From the NCBI RefSeq assembly GCF_006345805.1, contig NC_042998.1, forward strand, positions 93,992,001-94,056,000: DNA of 64,000 bases, written 5' to 3'. The position numbers and the translations under genes were made by a program. A model generated the notes under the pieces. It saw only the letters and a program-made list of their open reading frames with translations, was not told where the DNA came from and did no database searches. Within the stretch, counting starts at the first letter, position 1; every line of letters starts with the position of its first letter. Source of the stretch: Octopus sinensis. Its lineage: Eukaryota. Positions 1-12,717 of this stretch are shown piece after piece.

Positions 1-300
1 CACATGGTTGTTCTATAGAGCTAAGCTATTTGGCATCTAATTCAGTGAATGAGTTTTGCAGCGGGCAGTTTAGCTTAATGGTGAAGCACTCAGCCAGAGT
101 GTTTGAAGGATATGAGTGGTTGTTGACAAATTTTTCTGCCTTGTAAGGGTAATTTACTCAGTATTTCTGGAGTTCTAACAGCAACTCCGTGTTTGAAAAA
201 AATCATTTTCTTATTTGTATTGTACAATACACATTTCAATGCTTCTAATAAAAAACAAATATATGTTTGTTTACATTTATACACACATGGTTGATATATA

Positions 301-1090
301 CATAGACATGCAGGAAGTAAATAGACACCTTTAATTTTCAAAATCCTTTATTTAATATGTAAAGGGAACAATTGAAATGTAATCGATAGGTAGGACTGCA
401 TACTTTAGTATTTAGCTGGCATTCCCTTTGTAGTTTTTAATTCAGAAACTCTTTTTGGCATTAAACTGATGAGCTTTGTGATTGTCTCTTCCGGAATTTC
501 TGCCTACTTTTCATGCAACAATCAAAACATTTCACCTTGAGATTTAAGTTTCTGTTGAGTTTTTCATATAGCTCTAGCTAGTATTCTCCAAAGATTTTCA
601 ATTGGATTAATGTCAGGAGATTGGCTTGGCCTGGGAAACTTTTTGATCCCATTTTCAGTCAGCCATTGTCGATTCCTTTTCGCTGTGTGGCATGGAGCCC
701 CATCTTCCATGAATAAAAACTCATTTTTCATTATGTTATCATGCGAATACATCAGAAGTAGTCCTTGCTTAAGTATTTCGATGCATTTTTCAGAGTTTAT
801 GGTTCCAACACATTCGATCAGCTCAGAACGACCATTGCTGGTGACAGCTCCCCATACCATTACAGAGATACTGCCATGTTTCACAGTTGGTTGGAGTTAT
901 TCCAAATCAAATTCTTGATTGGGAAGCCTCCAGACCCAAACACGTCCACAGTCTGAAAATAATGCAAATCTAGATTCATCTGAGAAAATCACTCTATCCC
1001 AAAACGAACTGGATTTTTCTGACATCTCCTTAGCCCATTTCTTTCTTTTCATGATATTAATTGGTTGAAGGAGAGGTTTTCTTCTAACTC
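301..1090 (-). mobile_element. Tc1-family DNA transposon, 3' half (DDE transposase pseudogene plus right end)
   Basis: Minus translation gives [30 protein letters not shown] (first D), [21 protein letters not shown] (second D), [13 protein letters not shown] (E): canonical Tc1 DD34E motifs. End CATAGACATGCAGGAAGTAAATAGACACC follows a TA run at 295-300. Confidence 0.9.
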
Positions 1091-1236
1091 TAAATAAGGT
1101 AATACTTCCCTGTCACTAGATATGTTTCCACAGGAGAATGGAAATGAAGGTTACCACTTGCATGATAGTGACACTTATTTACGACTATTAGGCAATGTCA
1201 AGGCAAGAGAACAATAACACACACACACACACACAC

Positions 1237-1289
<53 letters not shown>

Positions 1290-1429
1290 ATTATACATAT
1301 ATAATGATCTTTCAATTTCTAACAACTAAAGCCACCCACAAGGCTTTGATTGGCCTAGGACTGTAGAGGAAGACACTTGTCCATGGTGCCATGAAGTGGG
1401 ACTGAACTCAGAACCATGCTTGGCATTAC

Positions 1430-2113
1430 ATGGTGTTGCAACAACTTCAAGAAAATGAGACCAGTTATACTACCATCAGAATAGAATGGTCTGATTATTC
1501 CTTTTGATAATAAGCTACATCGTACTGTCACTCTAAGTGAATTAGCACGATGTTCCTCCATTATATACAGTTTCTCAGGTTTCAGTTGGTGAAATTGTGC
1601 AAGTTAACTGAGCCATTTAATTTGAATATAACCTCATCACTCCAAACAATCTTTGTGGGAAAGTGTACATCTTCAACACATTATACCAAATACTACTCAC
1701 AGAACTCCACTCTTCAGTCTGGATCATCTTCACTGAGAGCATGGATTATTCTTGGAGTGTAACTTTTACAATGACAGTGCTTCAATATGTGAAGGACACT
1801 TGATTTTGAAATTACTGTCTCCCTATTTACTTGCCATACAGATTTTATAGAACACTAGAAATACATTTCTACTATCATCTCTTGTTTTGTGAAACTTGTC
1901 AGTGGCTGCAGTTTTCCAGATTGTTTTTTGTGAACATTCCAAATAGTTCTGCCTGCTTCAAACTTACCTCTAATTTCAGCAATGGTAAGTTGAATATTCA
2001 GATCTGTTTGAAACGCCCTACTAAACTGTCTTGGTGCTTCAACTTCATTTTCAAAACCTCCAGTAGCCCTTTCAGATAAATTTCCCTTGTTCAAAGCTTA
2101 GTCTGGCTCCCTT
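1430..2113 (-). mobile_element. Tc1/mariner-superfamily transposase fossil (N-terminal HTH plus start of catalytic domain)
   Basis: Broken minus reading ARLSFEQ.KFI.KGYW.FENEVEAPRQF..LTIAEIRGKFEAGRTIWNVHKKQSG, then [47 protein letters not shown]. Many stops and frameshifts; truncated by a SINE near 1430. Confidence 0.8.
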
Positions 2114-2172
2114 TCATCATCATCATCATCATCATCACCGCCGCTGCTGCCGCCGCCACCGCAACCACCACC

Positions 2173-2206
<34 letters not shown>

Positions 2207-2220
2207 TCATCGTCCTCATC

Positions 2221-2445
2221 ATCGTTTAACGTCTGTTTTCCATGCTAGCATGGGTTGGACGGTTCAACTGGGGTCTGGGAAGCCAGGAGGCTGCACCAGG
2301 ATCCAGTCTGATCTGGCAGTGTTTCTACAGCTTGATGCCCTTCCTAATGCCAACCATTCCATGAATGTAGGGGGTGCTTTTTACGTGCCACTGGCATGGA
2401 AGCCAGTCAAGGTGGCACTGGCATCAGCCACATTCGGTATTGAAA
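2221..2445 (-). mobile_element. SINE with RTE-like 3' tail
   Basis: Reverse complement of the recurrent tail ...CCAACCCATGCTAGCATGGAAAACAGACGTTAAACGATGATGAT, abutting a (CAT)n array; more than 10 copies in the window. Confidence 0.75.
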
Positions 2446-2542
2446 ATTAAATGAGCTATCAGTGTTAAAGTATGTATACACTTTTTGGGGACACTCTGCA
2501 TGTATATATACGTATACATGCATACATACATACATACATATG

Positions 2543-2591
<49 letters not shown>

Positions 2592-2759
2592 TTAAAAGGG
2601 GAATGTATAAAATATTTTAGACACAAAGAGGAGACCATTGACAGGACTCCTTACATGCTAAAAAGGCCAGTTAAAACCCAAACCACACTCTTATATTTTT
2701 AAAATATGTTATGTCTTATGACTTTTATTTATGTATGCTAACCCCTGGTAATAAATTAT

Positions 2760-4480
2760 TTTAATTTACTACCCTCATATTTATAATATATATATAGAGA
2801 GTTAATTAGAGTTAATTAGAAGATATATTAACTTCTAAATGGAATGATTACATCCAAGAAAACATTGGTTCTATACCTAATATTTTTGGGAAATAAAATT
2901 TTCCTAAATCAATAAGTGTATATTATGCATATAATCTGTATTCAATTAATAGAATATAAGGAAATGGTGAGTTGAAAGTTAATAATTATTTATTGATGAA
3001 TTGATAATTCTTACTTCTAACAACTGATTCCATTTGTGCTCATTAAATAAATTACAAATTTATGCTTTAAATTTTCATTTATAAGATATTAGTAAAATAT
3101 CATCAGAGTAAAAGGTATAATAAAAGATTACACTTTGACCTCTTAGTTCATACCAGCAGGCTAAATATATGAAGTTATTTTATTTTTATTTTTGTGTGTG
3201 CATAAGGGTTAATGAATTAACATGAATATAATAAGAAATAAAATTAAAAAAATATTAAGGTAGAATAAAATAAAATAATATAGAAAGTAAAATACAATCA
3301 AAATAAAAGGTATAAAAATATGAAATAAATAAAATAAAAATAAAAATTAAATAAATAAAAATAGAATAAGATAAGATAGAATATGCATATGTAGATAAAT
3401 ATGTACATACAGATATACATATATAAAATTATATGTAAAAATTACACGTATATACGCATTGTAACTGTCAATTTGATAGTATTTGTTTATATTTTAGTGT
3501 AATTTGATTAATGCTTCTATTATATACATTTACATAAAATGATATCTACATAAAATATAGGGTTTTATCTACCATATAATCAGCACAATGAATATATACA
3601 ATTTGTTTACATTCTAGATAAATAGAGATCTTGAGCATTATGTCATCACAAAAGTAGTTTATAGAAAGAATTTCGGGATATTATCAATAAATGGGAATTT
3701 AGTTCATCTATATTATTTAATTAATAAGATAAAGGTTCTAAATATTCAGTTAAGTATAAATATAGAAAGACTGTTGTATTAGTTATAGATAGAAATTTGT
3801 TATGTTATATTATCTTAATTAGTGTTAATAAAAATAGTTATGAAATGTATTCACTATGTACTGATTAAGCTAATCTCAGTAAATTAGTTAATAATTATTT
3901 TTAATTATTATTTAGGATATTGTTAGAATTTTAGTTGTTAATTTAAGGCAATAAAGTCGAATATATTATGCATCATAAGTGGTGTAATTAATAACAGTTA
4001 TCTCAATTACTGTTTATAGATATAGTTACAAAACATTTTTAATAACGCTTGTTTGTTACATCAATAGGTAATATATTACATAAATGTTAGAGGATGTTAT
4101 ATAAATAGTATATCATATAGTTTAATATTACCCTATATTATGAGTATAAAGTTTAATAAGAAAACATATTTCACTGAATAAAGATGAAAATTTTTTTCTT
4201 TTCTTTTAAATCAAGTAAATTTCTTCTAAATATAAGGATTTTATACACTTCTTCAGTACACATCTCACATTGTTTGTTGGAGATTTTATATGACCTCAAA
4301 AAACTAACAATCTCCCGTTTAATATTAAATTCAATGTTATTATTCTTTAATTCCCATATGAACTTATTTAATCCAGTACAATTCATATTTTAAAAGCTTT
4401 GTATAATGGTTAGCCTGCCTAATTTAATTTTATATAATCTTTTATTATACCTTTTTCCCTGATGATATTTAGCAAATTTA
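2760..4480 (-). mobile_element. Highly decayed Penelope-like retroelement (GIY-YIG C-terminus; possible RT remnants)
   Basis: ORF 4171-4386 reads GLNKFIWELKNNNIEFNIKREIV..Y..SNKQCEMCTEEVYKIL, matching the PLE endonuclease C-terminal pattern (LSKYIWELK..I.W.I..C.LC..E). The 2760-4170 part is very AT-rich with only faint RT-like traces. Confidence 0.5.
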
Positions 4481-4758
4481 TAAATGCAAATTCAAAGCAG
4501 AAATTTTGTAATTCATTTAATGAGCACAAATGGAAACAGCTGTAGGAAGAAAGACTTATCAGTTTATTAATAAAAAATTATTAACTTTCAATTCTCCATT
4601 TTCTTTTCTTCTATTAATTGAATATAGATTTTATATATATATACTTTATTTAAAGGCATCAGAAATTCAACAAAACCTGTTACTTGGAGTTTCACGTTCC
4701 CATTCGTCGGACAGTTTTTGTTAAAATAGAACCGAATGGCCAATTCTATCAAGACTAG

Positions 4759-4797
<39 letters not shown>

Positions 4798-5031
4798 GGA
4801 AAATTAATATAATCAGTAGTTTGCAGCATTTCACCAAAAAAAAAAGAAAAACTATTATCATCACTAAATGTGACTAGGGTGTTAGAAACACCTACATTGC
4901 TACAAATAAGAGTTAAAATGCTCTAATGGTGTAGTGCTTAATTGTATATGTATATATTGACAGAGGCTACAATGCTCCCAAAACATCGTTTGATGCATAT
5001 ATATATATATGTATATATATGTATATATATG

Positions 5032-5067
<36 letters not shown>

Positions 5068-5079
5068 CATATATATATA

Positions 5080-5410
5080 ACTAGCACTCCACCGGTTACA
5101 ATGATGAGGGTTCCAGTTGATCTGATCAACTGAACAGCCTGCTCATGAAATTAACATGCAAGTGGTTGAGCACTCCACCAACATGTGTACCCTTAAAGTA
5201 GTTCTCAGAGAGATTCAGCATGACACAGGTGACAAGGCTGGCCCTTTGAAATACAGATACTACTCATTTTTGCCACCTAAGTGAACTGGAAGAAATTCAC
5301 TTAGTGAATTCACCTAAGTGAATGAAATAAATTGTCTTGCTTGAGGACTCAATTGAACTCATGACCTTACAATCATGAGCTGATTACCCAAACCACTAAG
5401 GTACATGCCT
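5080..5410 (-). mobile_element. tRNA-derived SINE (relative of the 6643 copy), degenerate
   Basis: Reverse complement shares AAGGGTACAC.TG..GGAGTGCTCA.CCACTT.CA.GTTAATTTCA..AGCAGGCTGTTC.GTTGA..GATCAAC.GGAACCCTC with 6900-7010. Confidence 0.65.
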
Positions 5411-5425
5411 TCTTAGTATGTGCAT

Positions 5426-5940
5426 GACCTGTTGAGGCAAGTGAAATCGAAAGTGAAATCAAAATCAAATTCGATGACTGGCATCCATGCTAGTGGAGCA
5501 CTAAGAGTACCATACGAGTGTGATCATTGCCAGAGTAATAAGCTGGCCTCCATGCTGGTGGCACGTAAAAAACACCATTCGAGCATGATCATTATCTGCG
5601 TCGCCTTACTGGCACTTGTGTTGGTGGCACGTGAAAAAACATTTGAGTGAGGTTGTTGCCAGTGCCACTGGACTGGCTCTTGTACAGGTGGTACATAAAA
5701 AGCACCATTTGAGCATGGCTGTTGCCAGTACCACCTGACTGGCACTTGTGCCGGTGACATGTAAAAGCACCTACTACCTCTCGAGTGGTTGGCATTAGGA
5801 AGGGCATCCAGCTGTAGAAACTCTGCCAGATCAGACTGGAGTCTGGTGCAGCCATCTGGTTTGCCAGACCTCAGTCAAATCGTCCAACTCATGCTAAGCA
5901 TGGAAAGCGGACATTAAACAATGATGATGATGATGATGAT
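5426..5940 (+). mobile_element. SINE with internal GTGGCAC-rich repeats and RTE-like tail
   Basis: GACCTGTTGAGGCAAGTGAAATC start, repeated ..TGCCAGT.CCAC.GACTGGC..GTGGCACGTAAAA units, tail GGAAAGCGGACATTAAACAATGATGAT. Confidence 0.8.
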
Positions 5941-5942
5941 AT

Positions 5943-6013
<71 letters not shown>

Positions 6014-6022
6014 TGCAGAAAG

Positions 6023-6054
<32 letters not shown>

Positions 6055-6060
<6 letters not shown>

Positions 6061-6604
6061 CATGCAGAAAGTAAAATTCTGATCTAAGCATCTTAATATG
6101 TTTTTAGCAGTGTAGAATTTACAATATAATTATTCTTTTATATTCCCGGCCAATTATATTAAACAGTCACAAGGTGTAACCATGTCACGCACAGAAAATT
6201 CAGTAGAACTGTCAGATTTTCAAAGAGGTCATATTGTCGGGCAATCTGAGGCTGGTTTTAGCCGAAAATCTTCAAATTCCTCTTGCTGCTGTTAATAGAA
6301 TTATAGTGCAATTCAAAAGTCAAAGAAAAGAATCAACAAATTCTCGTCCTTGCCGACCTGGCCCCTCGGAAAGGAAGCTTCACTGTTTGAAGAGAATTGT
6401 GGAAAACAAACCCCCGTTCAAAGGCTTCTGACATTGCAAAACAGCTAGAAGTTAGTCCAAGAATGTATGTTATATATCTGCATAAGCTTGGATATCATGG
6501 ACGAGCAGCTAAAAGAAAACCTCCCCTTCAACCAATTAATATCAAATAAAAGATTTTGAAAATTAAAGGTGTCTATTTACTTCCTGCCTTCCTACATGTT
6601 TATG
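6055..6604 (+). mobile_element. Internally deleted Tc1 element (N-terminal transposase plus right end), same family as 301-1090
   Basis: [71 protein letters not shown], then jumps directly to ATTTTGAAAATTAAAGGTGTCTATTTACTTCCTGC, which is the reverse complement of 310-345. TA on both sides. Confidence 0.85.
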
Positions 6605-6642
6605 TATATATGTAATGTATGTGTGTGTGTGTGTGTGTGAGT

Positions 6643-7020
6643 GGAGCGCAATGGCCCAGTTGGTTAGGGCAGCGGACTCGCGGTCATAGGATGGCGGTTT
6701 CGATCCCAGACCGGGCGTTGTGAGTGTTATTGAGCGAAAACAACTAAAGCTCCACGAGGCTCCGGCAGGGATGTGTGATGATCTGCTGTACTCTTTCACC
6801 ACAACTTTCTCTCACTCTTACTTCCTGTTTCTGTTGTACCTGTATTTCAAAGGCCCGGCCTTGTCACTCTCTGTCACGCTGAATATCCCCGAGAACTACG
6901 TTAAGGGTACACGTGTCTGTGGAGTGCTCAGCCACTTACATGTTAATTTCACAAGCAGGCTGTTCCGTTGATTCGGATCAACCGGAACCCTCGTCGTCGT
7001 GACCGATGGAGTGCTTCCAC
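6643..7020 (+). mobile_element. tRNA-derived SINE (tRNA-Arg-like head)
   Basis: Head GGAGCGCAATGGCCCAGTTGGTTAGGGCAGCGGACTCGCGG...GGTTTCGATCCC has A and B boxes, followed by ~300 bp of non-tRNA body. May correspond to the published octopus tRNA-Arg-derived SINEs (assignment not verified). Confidence 0.85.
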
Positions 7021-8190
7021 CTGTGTGTGTGTGTGCGTGCACACGAGTGTGTGTGTGTGTACACACACATACTAGGAAGGGAAAGAGAAAGAACATTGTG
7101 ACTAATCATGTGGTTACACACATGCGTGCGTGTGTGTGTATGAGTGTGCATGTGTGTGCATGTGTCGACAATCTGACTACTTTGAATATATCAATGTTAA
7201 GGAGAACCAGCAAGAAAGAAAATCTCAATATCTCAGTTCTCTATGGATTTTAAACATAAATGTATCTTTGATTGCAACATATAGTCACATAAATAATTAC
7301 TTGGTCCAACTTTGTCAAGCTATATTCTAACAAACATGGGAGAGTAATAGGAAAAAGAAAAGAAAGAGATTCCGAATGAAAAGAAGAAATGGATGAATGA
7401 AGAAGAAAGAAAGAAAAAATTGGTTGATGAATTATAAACTCCAAACTTTGCTGGTAAAAAGCTCTTTTACTATCCACCATACAGTATTGTAATGAATGAT
7501 ATAGTTCACCATTTCTTACAGAAATAGCAAAGTCATCCTTTTATGTGTGTTAGCATCCCAATCAATCCTCAGTACACTATATATTGATTAATGTCTGAAA
7601 ATCTATTCTGACTAAATGCCAAATCAATGCCAGTTGATTTACTTACACAAATATATTCCAAGAAATGTGGATATTGCACCTAGAATATGTAAATTGAAGA
7701 AAATTTATAATGAATTTGGTATTTTTATTCGAAGTAAGAATGTGTGTTCAAAACTATTTCAGAGATTTTTTTTTATTTGGTAGCAGCAACAGCTGGCAGG
7801 AGAGTTTGTACCACCTGCAATGGGTGAAACAGTAGCAAGGATTGGACATTCAGGCTGGTACTAATAAAATCAACATTTTCAAAGAATATTAGCAGCAAGA
7901 AGAACACTGAAGGCTACTAAAAAACTGAGTGAGGCGAAGGTGGGGGGGGGGGGCAGAGAGAGAGAGAGAGAGGTGAGAGGGCAGAGAGAAAGAGAGGAAA
8001 AGAAAACCTGGGTTTGTGGATAAGAAGCTTGCTTTGTGACTATGTGGTTCTGTGTTTAATCCTTCTACATAGCACTTTGAGCAAGTGTCTTCTTTTATAG
8101 CTCCAAGCCAACCAGATGCCTTAAGAGTGAATTTAATAGATGGTAAACGTGTGGAGGCCAATCATATATATTTATATATGTGTATATATG

Positions 8191-8229
<39 letters not shown>

Positions 8230-9414
8230 TAAGTTGAGAAAAATTTTCATGCAGTGTTTTAAAGTGATGCTTTTTTATATATTTTTGTGGTGTGCGTGTT
8301 CATTCAGTTCATTATTTTAATACGGTTCATGAACTTTTCGCTCAACCTGGAATATATATATATGTGTGTATCTATTTGTGTGGCATTGTGTCTATGTTTA
8401 TCCCCCACACCATTGCTTGACTACCAATATTGGTATGTTTTATGTCCCTGTAACTTATGTGGTTCCGGAAAAGAGACCAATAGAATAAGTACTAGGCATA
8501 AAAAATTTTAAGTCCTGGGGGCAATTTCTTCGACTAAAAACCCCCAGTATGGGTGCAGTCTAATGACTGAAATGAGGAAAAGATAAAAGGTATATATATG
8601 TAAATCCAGCTTACAATCACTGTAAGCCAAGAATTATTATTGGCTTTCCTTCTTTTTCTTTAATACCTCTTTCAGATACAAACACACACACACTCACTAG
8701 ACAATGGTAAAAAAGAAATCCAGACAATTTTTTGAAAAGTGACATTTTGCCCCCCTTGGAGTAAACATACTGACCAGCTACAAAGAGATCAACAAAACAA
8801 TTTTTTCTTCTTTCTCTCCCTTTTCTTCCTTTCCTTCTTTTTCTTTAACACCTCCTTCAGATACAAAAACACACACACACACACGTACTCTCTCTCACAC
8901 ACACACACACACACCTACATGCTCTCTCTCATTATCTCCCCATTCATCACCCTCTTGTACTATCTTATGTCCCTCCGCACCACTACACACTCAATAACAC
9001 TATAAAAATGGTCAAATTTTCACCAAGAACTTAGTTCAATTTGAAAATTCCACTAGAATAGATGAAAGCGCTAATATATGATATATGATATAAAATGTAT
9101 AAAAACATGTAATATACAAATAAATATCTGTAAATATAAAACCATCCAAATTTCTGAGTACCTCATTTCTTCTAATATAAAATACCTGTACATCATCTCC
9201 AAACCTTCTAATATATATATATATATATATGTTTGTATAGACTGGCTTTCTTACAGTTTCTGTCCACCAAAGCCTTGTGAGTGGATTTGGCAGATGGAAA
9301 CTGAAAGAAGCCCGTCGTATGTATATATATATATATATATATATATCACCGTCATCATCATCTGATTAACGTACCTGGTGCCTTAGACCACTCGGCCATT
9401 CTATATATATATGT

Positions 9415-9830
9415 ATATATGTGCCAGTGGCACGTAAAAAGCACCCACTACACTCACGGAGTGGTTGGCATTAGGAAGAGCATCCAGCCGTAGAAACATT
9501 GCCAGATCAGACTGGGCCTGGTGCAGCCTTCTGGCTTCCCAGACCCCAGTTGAACCGTCCAACCCATGCCAGCATGGAAAGCGGACGTTAAATGATGATG
9601 ATGATGTGTGTGAATGTGTTTGTGTGTCTGTGTTTGTCCCTCCAACATCGCTTGACAACCGATGCTGGTGTGTTTACGCCCTCGTAACTTAGCGGTTCGG
9701 CATAAGTGACCGATAGAATAAGTACTAGGCTTACAAAGAATAAGTCCTGGGTTCGATTTGCTCGACTAAAGGCGGTGCTCCAGCATGGCCACAGTTAAAT
9801 GACTGAAACAAGCAAAAGAGTAAAAGAGAG
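9415..9830 (+). mobile_element. Composite of an RTE-tailed SINE 3' end and a tRNA-SINE 3' half
   Basis: RTE-type tail 9415-9605 ending in (GAT)n, then ..CCGATAGAATAAGTACTAGGCTTACAAAGAATAAGTCC..GACTGAAACAAG tail. Confidence 0.7.
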
Positions 9831-10215
9831 CATAAAATTTTGATGGAAAGTTTTAATTTAGATCACTTTAAAACAGAAATTTGCATAATAGAACGTGGAC
9901 TCTGTCAGACTAGCTTCAAAAGGATTAAGAAGATAATCTGGTTGTGTGTGTGTGTTTGTATGTCTGTATGTCCAGTGTGCCAACGACTTTGTCAGCTTGC
10001 CACCTTCTTCCTGTATTTAATATCGCATACTGTAATGGGAATGAATTGGCTGCTATTTCTGGCTTGTCAACTGATGACATGTGGGCTCCCTGTTTGGTTT
10101 GATTAGGTCGTAAAAAGATAGGGAAACATTGTACAATCAACCAGAGCAAAAAGCATTGATGAAATAACACCATACAATATCAAAGACGACAAAAGAATTG
10201 ACAGCAGGAATTAAT

Positions 10216-10266
10216 GGCAGCAGCAGCAGCAGTAGCAGCAGCAGTAGCAATAGCAGTAGTAGTAGG

Positions 10267-10321
<55 letters not shown>

Positions 10322-10322
10322 A

Positions 10323-10357
<35 letters not shown>

Positions 10358-10420
10358 ATAGTAGTAGTAGTAGTAGTAGTAGCAGCAGCAGCAGCGCAAG
10401 CAGCAGCAGCAGCAGCAATT
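10216..10420. repeat. Compound (AGC)n/(AGT)n trinucleotide array
   Basis: Direct reading; explains the poly-S/L/V/C/Y ORFs at 10137-10444. Confidence 0.95.
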
Positions 10421-11499
10421 TTGGCTAATTGCTGTGGACAATAATTTTACCCTAATATAATCCCAGTCATCATCATCATTATAATCCTGGGCAGATCCTC
10501 TTTTCTAACTAATTGACTTCTTAATTAAAAATAAAGGAGAATGCAAAAAAAAAAAAAACAAGACAAAGAAATAGGAAAGAGGGAAAAAAAAATATTTGAT
10601 TCATCACAGAAAATTTCTGTAGTGTTTCCAGGTGTTTTATTGAGCAAAATGTTTCAAATTAAAAGTTAAAAATTCAAAACGAAGTTGATACAACAAATAC
10701 AATAGATCTTCATTAAAATGCACATTATTTATTTATTTTATTATATTTTCATTTTATTTTATTTATTTATTATTATTTTGTTTATTATCATTGCTGTTAT
10801 TATTGCTATTATTATTATTATAATGATTGTTGTTGTTGTTTTTACTGTTGTTACTACTAATACTACCGCTGCTGCTGCTACTACTACTACTGCTACTACT
10901 ACTACTACTACTACAACTACTACCCACTGTTGCTGCTACTTTTTGCAGTTGAAGAATCCATTTGCGAATGTACTCATTACAAGAGAGAGAAAGAAAATAA
11001 TCAAATATTCAGATTATTGATATAAAAATTAAGATTATATTAATAATTTATTCAAGAATACGAACTTTAACACTCTTTTTTCTTTTCACTATTAAATTAG
11101 AATAATTAACTTCATTAGTGGTGGTGTTTGGGGAAGGAGTCTCTATAATGTGTGCCAACCTCCGTTTAAATACTTGTGTTTCAGTTTATTTCAATAAAAA
11201 GAAGCTATCCTATTAAATCCTATTAAATAATTGCAAATAGGTTAATAAAAGGTTATCTTAACTTAAAAGTATAAATTTTAAGCTTAGATAATGCTTTTCT
11301 TTTCTTTTCACAAGTGAGAATTGAGTAATTCACCTTAGTTAATATTGATGCTTTCAAGTTATGCTCTTATGCTCTCTGACATAGCTGTGTAGTGAAGAAG
11401 ACTGTTTTGCAAACCATTAGGTTCCTTGTTCAATTCTATTGCATGGTATACCTTGGGAGTATAATTTTTGCTATAGAAACTGCGAATACCCAGTATATA

Positions 11500-12557
11500 T
11501 GAGGTGGTATCAGAAAGTCCTGGACTAGTTCTGTAGCGTGCCAACAGATGACAGCACATGGTTGTGTGCACAGTGAGAGTTTGCAGTGACCTTTATGAAG
11601 CAGTGTGCTGAGTGATATTGCTGTGTTTACTTCACAAGTTGTGAAATTTTAAGGGCATCCAGCTGTAGAAACTTTGCCAGATCAGATTGAGCCTGGTGCA
11701 GCCTCTGGCTCACCAGTCCCCAGTCAAACTGTCCAACCCATGCCAGCATGGAAAGCAGACATTAAACAATGAGGATAATGATGATGATGAGGATGATGAT
11801 GATGGTGATTATCATCATCATCATCACGTGTATGCTGTAGTTCTGTGATTTTGTCACGAACAGGAACAAAGAGCCAACACGAAATTTTGGGTTAAACTTG
11901 GAAAGTCTGCAACAGAGACATCGAGCATATTTTGGCAAGCTTACAATGACAAAGCAATGGGTCATATGCAAGGTTTCAAGTGGCATGGGTGCTTCAAAAG
12001 TAGAAGAACTTCCTTGGAAGACTATGAAGGAGCTGGAAGACCTGTCATAAACATCACCACTGGAAGTGTGGTATTGTGCATTGAGAATTAATCCCCCCCG
12101 GGCCAGACTATCATTTAAGAGTTCTACTGCAATGTTTTGAAGTATTTGAGGTTGGACATATGGCAAAAGCAACTGGATCTGCAAAGCACGAAGAATTGGG
12201 TTCTTCACCAAGCTTTCCTTTCTTGTAAGATTCTCACCAAAAACAACATAATATCACTTCTGCACCTGTCCTATTCACCAGATTTAGCACCTGCAGACTT
12301 CCATCTCTTCTGCAAGATGAAAATGGAGCTCATTAGTCACTGTTTTAATGCTGTTGTTGAGATTCAGAGCAAATTTCAAAAGGTCCTTGACTCACTTACA
12401 GAAAACAACTTCTAGGCTAGATTCTGAAAGAGGCAGGAATACTGGGACCGGTGTATTGCTGGGCAAGATGACTATTTCAAAAAAGATGATGCTAAAACTT
12501 AGGTAAATAAATTATTTTTTATTAAACATAACTAGTCTGGCAGCCTTTTGATACCAC
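11500..12557 (+). mobile_element. Mariner element, internally deleted and interrupted
   Basis: TIRs TGAGGTGGTATCAGAAAG..GGACTAGT / ACTAGTC.GG..CCTTTTGATACCAC. Translations EQRANTKFWVKLGKSATET..AYNDKAM and ELIPPGQT..FYCNVLKYLR..SYSPDLAPADFHLF (mariner YSPDLAP motif). Confidence 0.85.
11654..11830 (+). mobile_element. RTE-tailed SINE 3' end nested inside the mariner
   Basis: AAGGGCATCCAGCTGTAGAAAC..CCAACCCATGCCAGCATGGAAAGCAGACATTAAAC followed by GAT/CAT repeats. Confidence 0.75.
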
Positions 12558-12717
12558 TGCATTCTAATGTGTATAAGGAACCCATTTTTATCAAAAATTA
12601 GGTTAAAAAATATGGGAGTTTCTTATACATGGATAGCATTATGATCCCTTACAAAACCTTTTTTCTAAATTTTAAGCCCCATAAATTAGGGGGTTCCATA
12701 TATACATTAAAATACAG
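12557..12717. mobile_element. ~160-bp MITE (copy 1)
   Basis: TIRs CTGCATTCTAATGTGTATAAGGAACCC / GGGTTCCATATATACATTAAAATACAG; an inverted homolog lies at 19461-19609. Confidence 0.75.

Noticed and set aside
3-142. Open plus-strand frame ending at a CTT|GTAAGG donor (similar plus-strand exon-like segments at 38335-38391, ~42768-42814 and ~62060-62240)
   Set aside because: No recognisable homology and no consistent chain; such pseudo-exons are expected by chance in AT-rich DNA.
2760-4170. Possible mitochondrial insertion (NUMT) because of extreme AT content
   Set aside because: No recognisable mitochondrial gene or rRNA motif; adjacent GIY-YIG-type homology favours a decayed Penelope element. 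A blastn against Octopus mtDNA would settle it.
6643-6720. Possible tRNA-Arg gene (similar heads at 49418 and 56780)
   Set aside because: No proper acceptor stem or cloverleaf, and the sequence continues into a repeated SINE body.
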